A stretch of 64,000 nt of DNA from an uncultured beta proteobacterium (GCA_963734595.1 CAVTHV010000016.1:84519-148518); one strand, 5' to 3'. Numbered from the stretch's first letter, positions 21,333 through 32,515 are shown. Notes: generated by a model not told the origin, from the sequence alone. Numbers and translations: made by a program.

Positions 21333-21953
21333 TTACCTCACGTTTCTCAGCACAGTGCCCAGATTCTGCAGATAGGCGATGACCGCATCCATCTCGGTCT
21401 TGCCTTGCGCGCTCTCGGCGGCCTTGGCGATATCCTCGTCGCTGTACGGCACGCCCAGCACGCGCAGGGCGCGCATTTTCGCCGGCAGATCTGCGGCATC
21501 GAGGGGCCTTTGGTCAAGCCACGCGTAAGCCGGCATGTTGGACTCCGGCACGACATCGCGCGGATTGGTCAGATGCACGTGATGCCATTCATCGGAGTAC
21601 TTGCGCCCGACGCGCGCCAGATCCGGCCCGGTGCGCTTCGATCCCCACAGGAACGGATGGTCGTAGATGAATTCCCCGGCCACCGAATAGTGTCCGTAGC
21701 GCTCGGTTTCGGCGCGGAACGGACGGATCATCTGCGAGTGGCAGTTGTTGCAGCCCTCGCGGATGTAGATATCGCGGCCCGCGAGCTGCAGCGCCGTATA
21801 GGGTTTCAGTCCGGTCACCGGCTGCGTCGTCGATTTCTGGAAGAACAACGGCACGATCTCGACCAGGCCGCCGACGCTCACCACGAGGATCACCAGGATG
21901 ATCATCAGCGTCAGGTTCTTTTCGATCAGTTCATGGCTGATTTTTGTGCTCAT
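21333..21953 (-). CDS. ccoO: cbb3-type cytochrome c oxidase subunit II (monoheme)
   Basis: TM anchor, the heme motif CNNCH, and [16 protein letters not shown], which is typical of CcoO. Confidence 0.95.
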   Translation of the reverse strand: MSTKISHELIEKNLTLMIILVILVVSVGGLVEIVPLFFQKSTTQPVTGLKPYTALQLAGRDIYIREGCNNCHSQMIRPFRAETERYGHYSVAGEFIYDHPFLWGSKRTGPDLARVGRKYSDEWHHVHLTNPRDVVPESNMPAYAWLDQRPLDAADLPAKMRALRVLGVPYSDEDIAKAAESAQGKTEMDAVIAYLQNLGTVLRNVR

Positions 21954-21968
21954 CTGCCGGATCTCCAG

Positions 21969-23393
21969 TTAGGCGTGCGCCGGTTGCACGGCGGGGATGA
22001 CCGCGTCGACCGCGCGGTGTCCGGCGGCGGTCTTCCACACGTTGTAGGCCATGATCAGCATGCCCGACAGATAACACAGCCCGCCCAGCAGGCGGATCGT
22101 GTAGTAGGGATAAGTCGCCTTCACGACCTCGGCGAAGCTGTAGGTGAGCGTGCCGTCGGGGTTGACCGCCCGCCACATCAGGCCCTGCATCACGCCGGCA
22201 ATCCACATCGCCGCGATGTAGAGCACGATGCCGATGGTGGCGACCCAGAAGTGCAGCGTCACCAGCCGCATGCTGCGCATCTCCACCTGCCCGAACAGGC
22301 GCGGGATCATGTAGTACATGCTGCCGATGGTGACCATGCCGACCCAGCCGAGCGCCCCCGAATGCACGTGGCCGATCGTCCAGTCGGTGTAATGCGACAG
22401 CGCGTTCACGGTCTTGATCGACATCATCGGCCCCTCGAAAGTCGACATGCCGTAGAACGACAGCGACACGATCAGGAACTTGAGGATGGGGTCGGTGCGC
22501 AGCTTGTGCCATGCGCCGGACAGCGTCATCATGCCGTTGATCATGCCGCCCCACGACGGCGCGAGCAGGATCAGCGAGAACACCATGCCGATCGACTGCG
22601 CCCAGTCGGGCAGCGCGGTGTAGTGCAGGTGGTGGGGGCCGGCCCACATGTAGGTGAAGATCAGCGCCCAGAAGTGCACCACCGACAGCCGGTACGAGTA
22701 GACCGGCCGGCCGGCCTGTTTCGGGATGAAGTAGTACATCATGCCGAGGAAACCCGCCGTCAGGAAAAAGCCGACCGCGTTGTGCCCGTACCACCACTGC
22801 ACCATCGCGTCCTGCACCCCGGCGTAGGCCGAGTAGGATTTCCACAGCGTGACCGGGATTTCGGCGCTGTTGACGACGTGCAGCAGCGCAATGGTGAGAA
22901 TGAAGGCGCCGAAGAACCAGTTGGCGACGTAGATGTGCGGCGTCTTGCGCCTGGCGATGGTGCCGAAGAACACCACCGCATACGCGACCCACACCAGCGT
23001 GATCAGGATGTCGAGCGGCCACTCGAGCTCGGCGTATTCCTTGGAAGTCGTGATGCCCATGGGCAACGTGATCGCCGCCCCCACGATCACCGCCGTCCAT
23101 CCCCAGAACGTGAAGGCGGCCAGGCCGTCGCTGAAGAGCCGCGTGTGGCAGGTGCGCTGCACGACATAATAGGACGCGGCAAACAGCCCCGAGCCGCCGA
23201 ACGCGAAAATCACCGCATTGGTATGCAGCGGCCGCAGCCGTCCGTAGGACAGCCATGGCGCCAGATTGAGGTCGGGCCAGATCAGCTGCGCGGCGATCAG
23301 CACCCCGACCGTCATTCCGACCACGCCCCACACCACGGTCATGATCGCGAACTGCCGCACCACCTTGTAATTGTACGTGGGCTGAGCTTCCAT
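21969..23393 (-). CDS. ccoN: cbb3-type cytochrome c oxidase subunit I
   Basis: 12-TM heme-copper oxidase with [19 protein letters not shown] and HHLHYT. Start moved to MEAQPTYNY (RBS gggagaag) because the ORF-track start would abut the FNR box. Confidence 0.95.
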   Translation of the reverse strand: MEAQPTYNYKVVRQFAIMTVVWGVVGMTVGVLIAAQLIWPDLNLAPWLSYGRLRPLHTNAVIFAFGGSGLFAASYYVVQRTCHTRLFSDGLAAFTFWGWTAVIVGAAITLPMGITTSKEYAELEWPLDILITLVWVAYAVVFFGTIARRKTPHIYVANWFFGAFILTIALLHVVNSAEIPVTLWKSYSAYAGVQDAMVQWWYGHNAVGFFLTAGFLGMMYYFIPKQAGRPVYSYRLSVVHFWALIFTYMWAGPHHLHYTALPDWAQSIGMVFSLILLAPSWGGMINGMMTLSGAWHKLRTDPILKFLIVSLSFYGMSTFEGPMMSIKTVNALSHYTDWTIGHVHSGALGWVGMVTIGSMYYMIPRLFGQVEMRSMRLVTLHFWVATIGIVLYIAAMWIAGVMQGLMWRAVNPDGTLTYSFAEVVKATYPYYTIRLLGGLCYLSGMLIMAYNVWKTAAGHRAVDAVIPAVQPAHA

Positions 23394-23455
23394 CCCTGCT
23401 TCTCCCTGAATAATCGGCATGAAACGCATACTAAGCGACACGGAATCGCCCTGAT

Positions 23456-23469
23456 TTGATCTACATCAA
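23456..23469. promoter_or_regulatory. FNR/Dnr-type box TTGATctacATCAA
   Basis: Perfect consensus palindrome centred ~70 bp upstream of ccoN, shared with the divergent gene at 23550. Confidence 0.7.
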
Positions 23470-23549
23470 AAAGCCGGATTTCAGACGTCATACATTGTCA
23501 TTAATACGAACGGCAAGCGTAGCGCCGTGGAGACTGCGCCGCACAAAGG

Positions 23550-23960
23550 ATGCACAGCATGAACAGGACAATTCATACCCTGCTGATCGCGATCACGGCA
23601 GCCGCAATGGGCATCGGCGCCGCCGGAGTATCGCAATCCGCGGAACAGCAGCCGGCGCCGCCGGCGGCAAAAAAGACGCCGGCCATCTACGGCAGCCAGT
23701 TGATGACGCAGCAGGAACGCAATGAATACAGCGCCAGGATGCGCGCCGCCAAGACACCCCAAGAGCGCGAGACGCTGCGCGCCGAGCACCACAACGCGAT
23801 GCAGGCCCGCGCCAAGGAGCGCGGCGTGACGCTGCCCGAGCAGCCGCCGGCGGGAGCCGGGCCCGGCAAGGGAACCGGGATGGGTCCGGGAGCCGGAATG
23901 GGCCCGGGCGGCGGCATGGGGCCACGGCGCGACGGCAGCGGCCCGGGTCAGGCGCAATAA
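23550..23960 (+). CDS. Secreted protein with a helical Q/E/R-rich core and a Gly/Met/Pro-rich tail
   Basis: Signal peptide, LMTQQERNEYSARMRAAKTPQERETLRAEHHNAMQARAKERG, then GPGKGTGMGPGAGMGPGGGMGP. Confidence 0.5.
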   Translation: MHSMNRTIHTLLIAITAAAMGIGAAGVSQSAEQQPAPPAAKKTPAIYGSQLMTQQERNEYSARMRAAKTPQERETLRAEHHNAMQARAKERGVTLPEQPPAGAGPGKGTGMGPGAGMGPGGGMGPRRDGSGPGQAQ

Positions 23961-24013
23961 GAAATCGGGGAATTTAACGGCTTGGTATTGGTCAATCAAC
24001 AATAACGGAGATA

Positions 24014-24460
24014 ATGATGTTCAAAAACATTCTGGTGCCTACCGATGGTTCGGCGTTATCGCACAAGGCCATCAAGAAAGCGGCGATATTCGCGAAAGAA
24101 ACCGGCGCCCGCATCACCGGTTTTCACGTCGCGCCGGCTTATCGCTTCAACGTCTATGCCGATTATGTCCCGCCCGACTTCATGTTGCCGCCGGAATTCG
24201 CCGCACACACCAAGAAGGTCGCGCAGCGGCATCTCGACGTCATCAAGAAAGCGGCGGCAGGCGCGGGCGTCTCTTGCGCGTGCTACTACGTGACGAGCGA
24301 TTTTCCGGCCGACGCGATCATCAAGGCGGCGAGGAAATACAAATGCGATGGCATTTTCATGGCCTCGCACGGCCGTACCGGGTTGTCACGCCTGATGCTC
24401 GGCAGCGAAACCACGAAGGTGCTCGCCCAGGCGCACATCCCGGTTGTGGTCTGCCGCTAA
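24014..24460 (+). CDS. Universal stress protein (UspA family)
   Basis: MFKNILVPTDGS at the N-terminus and GSHGRTGLSRLMLGSETTKVL near the C-terminus. Confidence 0.9.
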   Translation: MMFKNILVPTDGSALSHKAIKKAAIFAKETGARITGFHVAPAYRFNVYADYVPPDFMLPPEFAAHTKKVAQRHLDVIKKAAAGAGVSCACYYVTSDFPADAIIKAARKYKCDGIFMASHGRTGLSRLMLGSETTKVLAQAHIPVVVCR

Positions 24461-24535
24461 GCCGTCGCGGCGGGGTACCACGTTGTGTTATGCATCAGGC
24501 AATTTCTTAACTGTTCAACCATGCAGGAGTAAATC

Positions 24536-24835
24536 ATGAACGCACCGAGAGAACAGCTGGTAGCCGACCTCAAGATACTGATGGCCGATGTCGAGGATCT
24601 GGTGAAAGCGACGGCGACCCAGTCGGGCGACAAAATCGCGGAAGTGCGCGGCCGCATTCAGCAGGCCGCGGCCGACCTCAAACCCCGCCTGGCCCAGGCT
24701 CAGGTCATGTTGAAAGACAAGGCCAACGTAGCGGCGGCGACCACGGACGATTACGTGCACGACCACCCCTGGACCGCAATGGGCGTCTCGGCGGGAATCG
24801 GGCTGATCATCGGCCTGCTCATCGGCCGGCGCTGA
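24536..24835 (+). CDS. DUF883 (ElaB/YqjD/YgaM) family membrane-anchored protein
   Basis: Helical N-terminus, then the HPWTAMGVSAGIGLIIGLLIGRR tail anchor. Confidence 0.8.
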   Translation: MNAPREQLVADLKILMADVEDLVKATATQSGDKIAEVRGRIQQAAADLKPRLAQAQVMLKDKANVAAATTDDYVHDHPWTAMGVSAGIGLIIGLLIGRR

Positions 24836-24836
24836 A

Positions 24837-24862
24837 CCGGAATTTTACGTATTCCGTTGTTT
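24837..24862 (+). terminator. Rho-independent terminator
   Basis: The stem cggaat/attccg has a 7-nt loop and is followed by ttgtttt. Confidence 0.5.
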
Positions 24863-24882
24863 TATAACGATTTATTGTTGAA

Positions 24883-25311
24883 GTGAGGCGTGGTGGCCCG
24901 CACCACGGCTGCGGCGTGAGCGTTCGACGGCTTGCCGCAGCAGCGGCGGTATTGCTTTGGGTATCGGCATTTCCGATTGCCCCCGTTCTCGCGCAGAACG
25001 GCGCGCTTGGCATTGCCATCACCAGCCCGAAAAACGAAGAGACCATCCACGACAATACCGGCAGCGTCCCGGTTTCGATCGCGATGCAGGGCAGCGGACT
25101 GCCGGAACACAGTTCCATCCGCGTGCTGCTCGACGGCCGGCCTTACGGGGCGGCCCGGTATGGCGCCTCGTTCACTTTGGAGGGTGTCGAGCGCGGCGAG
25201 CACACGCTGCAGGCACAGGTCGTGGACGCCGCGGGAAAAACCATCCTGTCTTCGGACACCGTGACGTTCTACATGTGGCAGGCGTCGCGGCTGTTCCCGG
25301 GCCGCAAATGA
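24883..25311 (+). CDS. Secreted hypothetical protein (single beta-rich domain)
   Basis: Signal peptide AAAAVLLWVSAFPIAPVLAQ. The start is more likely the GTG at 24916. I recognise no family motif. Confidence 0.45.
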   Translation: MRRGGPHHGCGVSVRRLAAAAAVLLWVSAFPIAPVLAQNGALGIAITSPKNEETIHDNTGSVPVSIAMQGSGLPEHSSIRVLLDGRPYGAARYGASFTLEGVERGEHTLQAQVVDAAGKTILSSDTVTFYMWQASRLFPGRK

Positions 25312-25324
25312 GCGGCGTGCCGGA

Positions 25325-25756
25325 TCAGGCGTAAGTCCGGACCCAGCGCAGCAGCCCGCCCAGATCCATGGCGCCCGCCTGGCGCGCGATTTCCCTGCCG
25401 TTTTTGAACAGCGCGAGTGTCGGAATGCTGCGAATGCCGAAGCGCGCCGCAAGCTCGGGCTCGGCTTCGGTATCGAGTTTGGCCAGCCGCAGCCGCGGTT
25501 CGAGTTGCGCCGCCGCCTGCTCGAAAACCGGCGCCATCATGCGGCATGGCCCGCACCACGGCGCCCAGAAATCGACGAGCACCGGAATGTCGCCGCCTGC
25601 ATGCCGCTCAAAATTGGCCGCGGTCAGCGCCACCGGGTGCGCGGTAAACAACGGCTGCTTGCACTGGCCGCAGCGCGGGCCATGTTCCAGGCGCTCCGGC
25701 AGGACACGGTTGAGCGTGTCGCAATGGGGACAGGCGATGCGCAGCGGCGCGCTCAT
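25325..25756 (-). CDS. trxC: Thioredoxin 2 (Zn-finger N-terminal extension)
   Basis: CPHC...CGQC zinc finger followed by WAPWCGPCR. Start at MSAPLRIA, overlapping the upstream stop (ATGA). Confidence 0.9.
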   Translation of the reverse strand: MSAPLRIACPHCDTLNRVLPERLEHGPRCGQCKQPLFTAHPVALTAANFERHAGGDIPVLVDFWAPWCGPCRMMAPVFEQAAAQLEPRLRLAKLDTEAEPELAARFGIRSIPTLALFKNGREIARQAGAMDLGGLLRWVRTYA

Positions 25757-25965
25757 GCGCCGCCTTGTTTTACGCCCGCTTTTTTCAGCATGATCTCCAG
25801 CGGGCAAAACCGGGTGAAGCCGCTCTGGAACAGGTTGAACCCGACGAAAACCGTGAACCACAACCAGTACGAACTCATATAGAGCGGGCTCGCCGGCGCG
25901 CCGAGCGCCAGCGAAATCAGCACGAAGGCGCCGGCGAATATGCGGATCAAACGTTCGGTGGTCAT
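25753..25965 (-). CDS. DUF2892 (YgaP C-terminal-like) small membrane protein
   Basis: 70 aa, two TM helices, and the conserved FQSGFTRFCP motif. Confidence 0.7.
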   Translation of the reverse strand: MTTERLIRIFAGAFVLISLALGAPASPLYMSSYWLWFTVFVGFNLFQSGFTRFCPLEIMLKKAGVKQGGA

Positions 25966-26030
25966 GAGTATCTCCGTTCAGAAAGGGAATGCATCGGATA
26001 TTGCGGCGATTGCCGCAATATCAAGCAGGA

Positions 26031-27399
26031 TCAATGTGGCGCCGGGGGCGCTTCGAGCTGGTCCGCGACCAGTTCCAGCAGGCTGTGCATGGTCTTGTCC
26101 CATTTGAAATGCGCCTGGCCGTCGTCGAAAGTCTGCCGGCAGTTCGAGCAGGTGGTCGTCAGCAGTTCCGCCCCGGTGGCGTCGACCTGCCTCATCTTGA
26201 TCTCGAACGCCTTGTGGCGCAGATCGTCGGCGCGATGGATGGTGACGACCCCGCCCCCGCCGCCGCAGCACCAGTTCATGTCGCCGGAGGACTCCATCTC
26301 CCGCAACTCGACGCCGAGCGCCTGCAGCACTTCGCGCGGCGCGGCCGTCGCGCCGCCCCTGCGCGAAGTCTGGCAGGGGTCGTGAAAGGTCAATGATTTT
26401 TCAAGTTTTTTCAGCTTGAGCCTGCCGTCGCGCACATTTTCGGCAAGAAACTCGGAGATGTGCAGCACCTTGAACGGCAACGGCTTGCCATAGACGTTGG
26501 CCCCCTGCCAGCGCAGCGCGCCATAGGCATGGCCGCATTCCGGCAGGATCAGCACTTTGGCGCCGCAGGCAATCGCCGCCTCGATCATTTTCATGCTCGA
26601 ATCCCGCTGCCACTGCACGTTGCCGGAGAGCATGCCGAAGTTGGTGGCTTCGTAACCGTCGCTGCGGATCGTCCACGATGCGCCGAGATGCGCCGAGTAT
26701 TTTCGCCACCGCCACGATCGACTGCGGATACTTCATGATCTCGATCGAGGACAGCGTAATCAGGATATCGGCCCGTTCGCGGTCGAGCGGGATTTCGACG
26801 CCGTAGTCGTCCGCCAGCCACTCGATGCGCTCCTTGAGCACCGCGGGCGTCGCCCCGAGCGGGCTGCCTTCGCGCTCGGCGCGCTGGGCGACCGCCCACA
26901 GTTCGTGCGGCACCAGTCCGGCCCGGAACATGCCATGGCGCGCGAGACCGACCAGCGCGGCGATGTCGATACCCATCGGGCAGATCATGGTGCAGCGCCC
27001 GCACATGGTGCACGAGTCGAACAGCAGCTCCTGCCACTCCTCCAGATTTTCGATGGTGACTCTGCTCTTGAGGTTGAGCGCGCGATAGAGCCAGGCGAAC
27101 GGCCCGGCTTCACGCTTGTAGGCCTGCTTGAACGGTTCGAGTTTCCAGATCGGCGTGTACTTCGGATCGTGGGTCGTCACGTAGAAATGGCAGGCTTCCG
27201 CGCATTGTCCGCAATGGATGCACGACTCCATGTAGGCGGCGGTCGCCGGGGTGAAATCGCTGGCGAAACTCTTCATCGCGATGGCGACGCGCTCCGTGTC
27301 GGCGAGTCCGCCCTGCCTGTCGGAGCGCACTTCCGGCTTCCTGATCGAGAAGCGCGCAGATTCCATGTCGATGGGATCGATCCTGTCGTTGTCGCTCAT
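26031..27399 (-). CDS. DsrK/HdrD-like cytoplasmic FeS protein with CCG domains, frameshifted by a 10-bp tandem duplication
   Basis: Ferredoxin motifs CIHCGQCAEAC and CTMCGRCTMICP, with CCG-type motifs (HDPC, NWCCGGGGG, TTCSNC). Pieces 26401..27762 and 26031..26633 rejoin if one copy of gatgcgccga (26677..26696) is removed. Confidence 0.75.
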
Positions 27400-28091
27400 G
27401 TGGCGGCTCCTTTGCGCGCGGCGGCGGCGCCGGTGATTCCGCGCGAGACGAATACCAGGAAGGCGTGGCTCAACTTGCCGAACGGCAGCCAGACGAACAG
27501 CAGTTCCACGCTCAGCAGATGGATCGCAAGCGGCAGCGGATCGAGCGGCACCACCGGGGCCACGCCGGAAGGAAATGGATGATTGATGACGATCATCCCG
27601 GTGACGAGCGGCAAAAAGGTCACGAACCAGCTGAAATAATCGTCGAAATTCGACAACAGGCGGAGCACCGGGTCGGTCAGGCGTTCCATGAGCATGATCA
27701 GCAGCGAAACGAACGTGATCGCCACCGCGAGATACACGACCGGCGCCGGCAGCGCGGGCCACGCCACGCCGGTGAGCCGTTTGATGAAATAAATGTGCGG
27801 CAGGAAGCCGAACGCGATCACGGCGAGACCGACATGGTAAACGTAAGCGTTGAACGTGCCGACTTTCTCGGTCTCGCGGAATTCCTTTTTGGGGATCATG
27901 CGGCTGACGATGGTGCGCAGCGCGCCGGCCAGCAGCCGCGTGTCCCGCGGCTCGGAAAAGTCAGGCCTGGTCTTGAGGCGGAAAATGCCGGCGATCCGCC
28001 ACACACTGCCCGCAAACAGGACGGCAAGCGACACCCAGAGCGCGGGCCCCCGTGCGAACTCGAGCAGGCTCATTGATCGGCTCCTTTCCAC
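27396..28091 (-). CDS. DsrM/NarI-like membrane b-type cytochrome
   Basis: Predicted polytopic (~5 TM helices by eye) with conserved His residues (VYHVGLAV, AIHLLSVELL). Its stop overlaps the downstream start (ATGA). Confidence 0.7.
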   Translation of the reverse strand: MERSRSMSLLEFARGPALWVSLAVLFAGSVWRIAGIFRLKTRPDFSEPRDTRLLAGALRTIVSRMIPKKEFRETEKVGTFNAYVYHVGLAVIAFGFLPHIYFIKRLTGVAWPALPAPVVYLAVAITFVSLLIMLMERLTDPVLRLLSNFDDYFSWFVTFLPLVTGMIVINHPFPSGVAPVVPLDPLPLAIHLLSVELLFVWLPFGKLSHAFLVFVSRGITGAAAARKGAAT

Positions 28092-28193
28092 GACTCGACA
28101 GCCCCGGTTTCCGGGTGACTGCGATGCTCCGGCCGCAACCGGGCTGGCTCCCTGCCATTTCGGCTAATTTAATCCCAAACCAGGCGGTCATTC

Positions 28194-28207
28194 TTGATTC
28201 AGGTCAA
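28194..28207. promoter_or_regulatory. FNR/Dnr-type box TTGATtcagGTCAA
   Basis: Perfect palindrome ~110 bp upstream of the DsrM-like gene. Confidence 0.55.
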
Positions 28208-28231
28208 ACTCCGTCCCCCCGGAAACGGGGA

Positions 28232-31200
28232 TCAAGGCGCGCGCGAGGCGTGACGCTTCCAGTTGGCCGCGTAATAGAGCACGGGGATCACGACCAGCGT
28301 CAGGATGGTCGATACGAAGATGCCGAACAGCAGCGATACCGCAAGCCCGTTGAAAATCGGGTCGTCGAGGATGAACAGCGCGCCCACCATCGCGGCCAGC
28401 GCGGTCAGCACGATGGGCTTGGCGCGCGTGGCGCCGGCGCGCACGATCGCCGTTTCGAAGTCCGCGGCCCTGCGCCACCTCGAGATTGATGAAGTCGACC
28501 AGCAGGATCGAATTGCGCACGATGATGCCGGCCAGCGCGATCATGCCGATCATCGAGGTCGCGGTGAACTGCGCGCCGAGCAGCGCGTGGCCGGGCATCA
28601 CGCCGATCACCGTGAGCGGGATCGGCGCCATGATGATGAGCGGAGTCAGATAGGATTTGAATTGCGCCACCACCAGCAGGTAGATGAGGATCAGGCCGAC
28701 GGCGTAGGCGATCCCCATGTCGCGGAAGGTTTCGTACGTGACCTGCCATTCGCCGTCCCACTTCAGGCTGTAACCGGCATAACGGTCGGACGGCTGGCGG
28801 ATGAAATACTCGCCGAGCCTGCCGCCCTGCGCGAGCGCCACGCCCGCGGTCTTGGCGCGTATCTCGAACATGCCGTACAGCGGGCTGTCGAGCCGGCCCG
28901 CCATGTCGCCGACGACGTAGACCACCGGCAGCAGGTCCTTGTGATAAATCGTCTTATCTTGCAGCGTCGATACCGGCCGCACCAGTTCCGACAACGGAAT
29001 CAGCGCGCCCGAATCCGAGCGCACGGCAAGCTGCATCAGCCGTCCCATGCCGGACTGCTCCTGCGGGCGGCAGGCCGATCTGCACCGGCACTTCGAACTT
29101 GGCAGCTGCCGGTGTGCAGCGGCGTCACGTTGTCTCCCCCAAGCGCCATCCGCACCGTGGCGACGATATCGCGCTGCGCCACGCCCATCAGCGCCGCCTT
29201 GCTGCGATCGACCTGCAGCACCAGCTTCTCGGCGTCGGCTTCGCTGCTGTCATCGATGTCGACGATGTCGGCCGAGGCCGCAAACGCGCCGCGAATGCGC
29301 TTGGCGACCGCGATCTGGCCGGCGTAATCCGGGCCGTAGACTTCGGCGACGATCGGCGCGAGCACCGGCGGTCCCGGCGGCACCTCGACCACCTTGACGC
29401 GCGCATGCGCACGCTGCGCGATGCGTTCGATCTCGGGACGGGCCGCGCCGGCAATGGCATGGCTTTCCCGGCTGCGCTGATGCTTGTCGAGCAGATTCAC
29501 CTGGATATCGCCGAGTTCCGGGCCGCTGCGCAGATAATACTGGCGCACCAGGCCGTTGAAGTTGATCGGCGCCGCGGTGCCGGCGTAAGCCTGGTAATCG
29601 GTCACCTCCGGAATCTTCGCCACGTAGGCGCCGATCTCGCGCAGCACGCGCGCGGTTTCCTCGAGCGCGGTGCCCGCCGGCATGTCGACGACGATCTGGA
29701 ATTCGGATTTGTTGTCGAACGGCAGCATCTTGAGCACCACCAGCTTGAACCCGGCCAGCGAAACGGAAAACGCAATCGCCGCCAGCGTGGCGATCCACAG
29801 CAGCCGGCGTTTCGGCTTGCCCCGCGCGCCGCGCAAAAACGGCGTGAGCACCCGTTCAAACAGCCGCAACGACCGGCCTCCCGCTTCTTCGCCCTGATGC
29901 TGATGCGCCGGCTTGCCCAGCAGTTTCAGCGCCAGCCACGGCGTGATGACGAACGCCACCGCCAGGGAAATCAGCATGCCGATGCTGGCGTTGATCGGGA
30001 TCGGGCTCATGTACGGCCCCATCAATCCCGAGACGAACGCCATCGGCAACAGCGCCGCGATCACCGTGAACGTGGCAAGGATGGTCGGGCCGCCGACTTC
30101 GTCCACCGCATTGGGAATCACATCAGCGGGCGGCGCATCCGACAACGCGCGGTGCCGGTGGATGTTTTCCACCACCACGATCGCGTCGTCGACCAGGATG
30201 CCGATCGAGAAAATGAGCGCAAACAGCGACACGCGGTTGAGCGTAAAGCCCCAGGCCCAGGATGCGAACAGCGTCGCCGCCAGCGTGAATATCACCGCCA
30301 GGCCCACGATCAGCGCTTCGCGCCTGCCGAGCGCAGCCCATACCAGCGCGATCACGGACAAGGTGACGAAAATGAGTTTCTGGATCAGCTTCTGCGCCTT
30401 GGCGTTCGCGGTCTCGCCGTAGTTGCGGGACAGCGTGACGTTCACGCCCTCCGGAATCACGCTGCTTTTCAGCTCCCCGATACGCTGCAGCACCCGGTCG
30501 GCGACATCCACCGCGTTCTCTCCGGGCTTTTTCGAAACCGCGATGGTGACCGCTGGAAACTCGCCGCGAGGCATTGCCGCGCCTGCCGCCGCGCCATTGC
30601 CGTACCATACGTATTGCCGCGGCTGCTCGGGACCATCCTCGATGCGCGCAATGTCGGCAATCCGGATCGGCCGTCCCCCGGCGCGCCCGACGATCAGCCG
30701 CGCAACGTCTTCCGCCGTGCCAAGAAAACCGCCGGTTTCCACCCAGATGTCCCGGTTGTCGCGCGTGAGCTTGCCGGACGGCAGCGACGCATTCGCCGCG
30801 AGCAGGGCGCCCCGGATATCGCCTGCGGTGATCTTGTACGCGTTAAGACGGTCGACATCGAGCAATACGCGCACCACGTGTGCAGCGCCGCCGATCGTGG
30901 TGACGGTGCGCGTGCCCGCGACGCGCTTCAGCTCGACCTCGGCGGCATTGGCGACCTGTTTCAATTCGTAGGCGCCGCGCTGCGCGTCCTGGGTCCATAA
31001 CGTCAAGGTGACGATGGGCACATCGTCGATCCCGACCGGCTTGACGATGAACTCTCCCACGCCCAGTTCGGGCGGCACCCAGTCGCGGTTGGCGAAGAGC
31101 GTGTCGTAAAGCCGCACCAGCGCCTGGATCCGGTCCTCGCCGACTTTGTACTGCACGGTCAGGATCGCAAGGCCCGGCTTCGAAACCGAGTAAACGTGTT

Positions 31201-31441
31201 CGATGCCGGAGATTTGCGCCACCACCTGCTCGGCCGGCGTCGCCACCAGCGCCTCCACGTCGCGCGCCGAGGCTCCGGGAAAGGGAATGAACACGTTCGC
31301 CATCGTGACGTTGATCTGGGGCTCCTCCTCGCGCGGCGTCACCAGCACCGCGAAGAGGCCGAGCAGAAACGCCACCAGCGCAATCAGCGGGGTGAGTTGA
31401 GACTCGAGAAAAATCCGGGTGATGCGTCCTGAGATGCCCAT
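28232..31441 (-). CDS. RND efflux transporter permease (AcrB/CzcA superfamily), interrupted by three apparent +1 frameshifts
   Basis: Starts at MGISGRITRIFLESQLTP and contains ILVDDAIVVVENIHRH. Pieces 29036..31441, 28188..29048 and 28232..28444 join. Frame breaks lie near 29105, 29063 and 28465. Confidence 0.85.
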
Positions 31442-31470
31442 GAGAGTCGGAGAATCCGCGGGACGGCCGC

Positions 31471-32515
31471 TCAGCGGCGCTCGCCGCTGTCTTTCAGGGC
31501 GATTGCGGCTTTGACAGGATCGAGCGCCACTTTCTCGCCCGGCTGCAACCCGCCAAGCACCTCGACGCCGTCGGCGCCGAAATCCTGACCCGGCCGTATC
31601 TGGCGCAGATGGACCACATTGTCGGCGCCGATGACGTAAACGGCGGTCACCTCGGTGCGCCTGACGATGGCGCGTGCCGGGATCACCAGCCGCCGCGACT
31701 GGCCGAGGATAAAATGCACGCGCGCGAACATGCCGGGATAGCTGCCCGCGACATATTCCCGCAGCGCGAGCCGCACGCGCGTGGTGTGCGTCTGCGGGTC
31801 CGCGGTCGGCAGCACGGTGATCTCCCCCGCCTTCACGGTGCGGTTCTGCGCGGGAAACTCGATATCGGCACGCGCGCTCTTCCTGATCTGCGCCGAGCTT
31901 CAGTTGCGGCACGTCGGCGACCACCCGCATGTCCGTGGGATCGAAGCCGGTCATCAGCGGCTTGCCGGGCGTCACCAGTTCACCGAGCTCGACATGGCGC
32001 GCCGCGACGATGCCGCTATAGGGCGCGGTGACCGTGGCAAACCCTTTCACGGTCGCCGCCCGGCTCGAAATCGAGACGGCGGCCTGCAACTGCGCCTGCG
32101 CCGCCTGAAATTCGGACAATGCCCGGTCAAGCGCCGCCTTGCTCACAAAGCTCTGCTTGAACAGCTGCTGGGTGCGTTCGTAATTCGCCCTGGCGTTCTG
32201 CAGCGTGGCCTGCGCCTGCGCGATCTGCGCCTGCGAGCTGGCCAGCGCGTCGCTGACCTCGCGCTCGTCGATGCGCACGATGACCTCGCCTTTTTTGACG
32301 GCATCGCCGACGTCGAACCGCACTTCGACTATCCGTCCCGAAATCTGCGCCGAGACCGTCGCCTGCCTGACCGCCTCGACCATGCCTTCCGCCGTGTAGA
32401 CCTCGCCGACCTCGCGATACTCGACGGCCGCCGCCTCCAGCGGATCGGCGGCATGCGCCCATCCTGCAGCGAGAAGCAAAAGAAGGAATAAAGTTCTGGC
32501 GACCACGGTGAACAA
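31471..32515 (-). CDS. RND-associated membrane fusion protein (HlyD/biotinyl-lipoyl fold), with one apparent +1 frameshift
   Basis: Signal-like segment TLFLLLLLAAGWAHA, then SAQISGRIVEV, a coiled-coil region and TAPYSGIV. The C-terminal piece is ORF 31471..31836. The frame break lies near 31890. The start is uncertain (TTG 32515 or GTG 32506). Confidence 0.75.

Noticed and set aside
23982-23995. FNR-like sequence TTGGTattgGTCAA just before the usp gene.
   Set aside because: It has one mismatch and its centre is only ~26 bp from the start codon, too close for a class II FNR promoter unless the start is mis-set.
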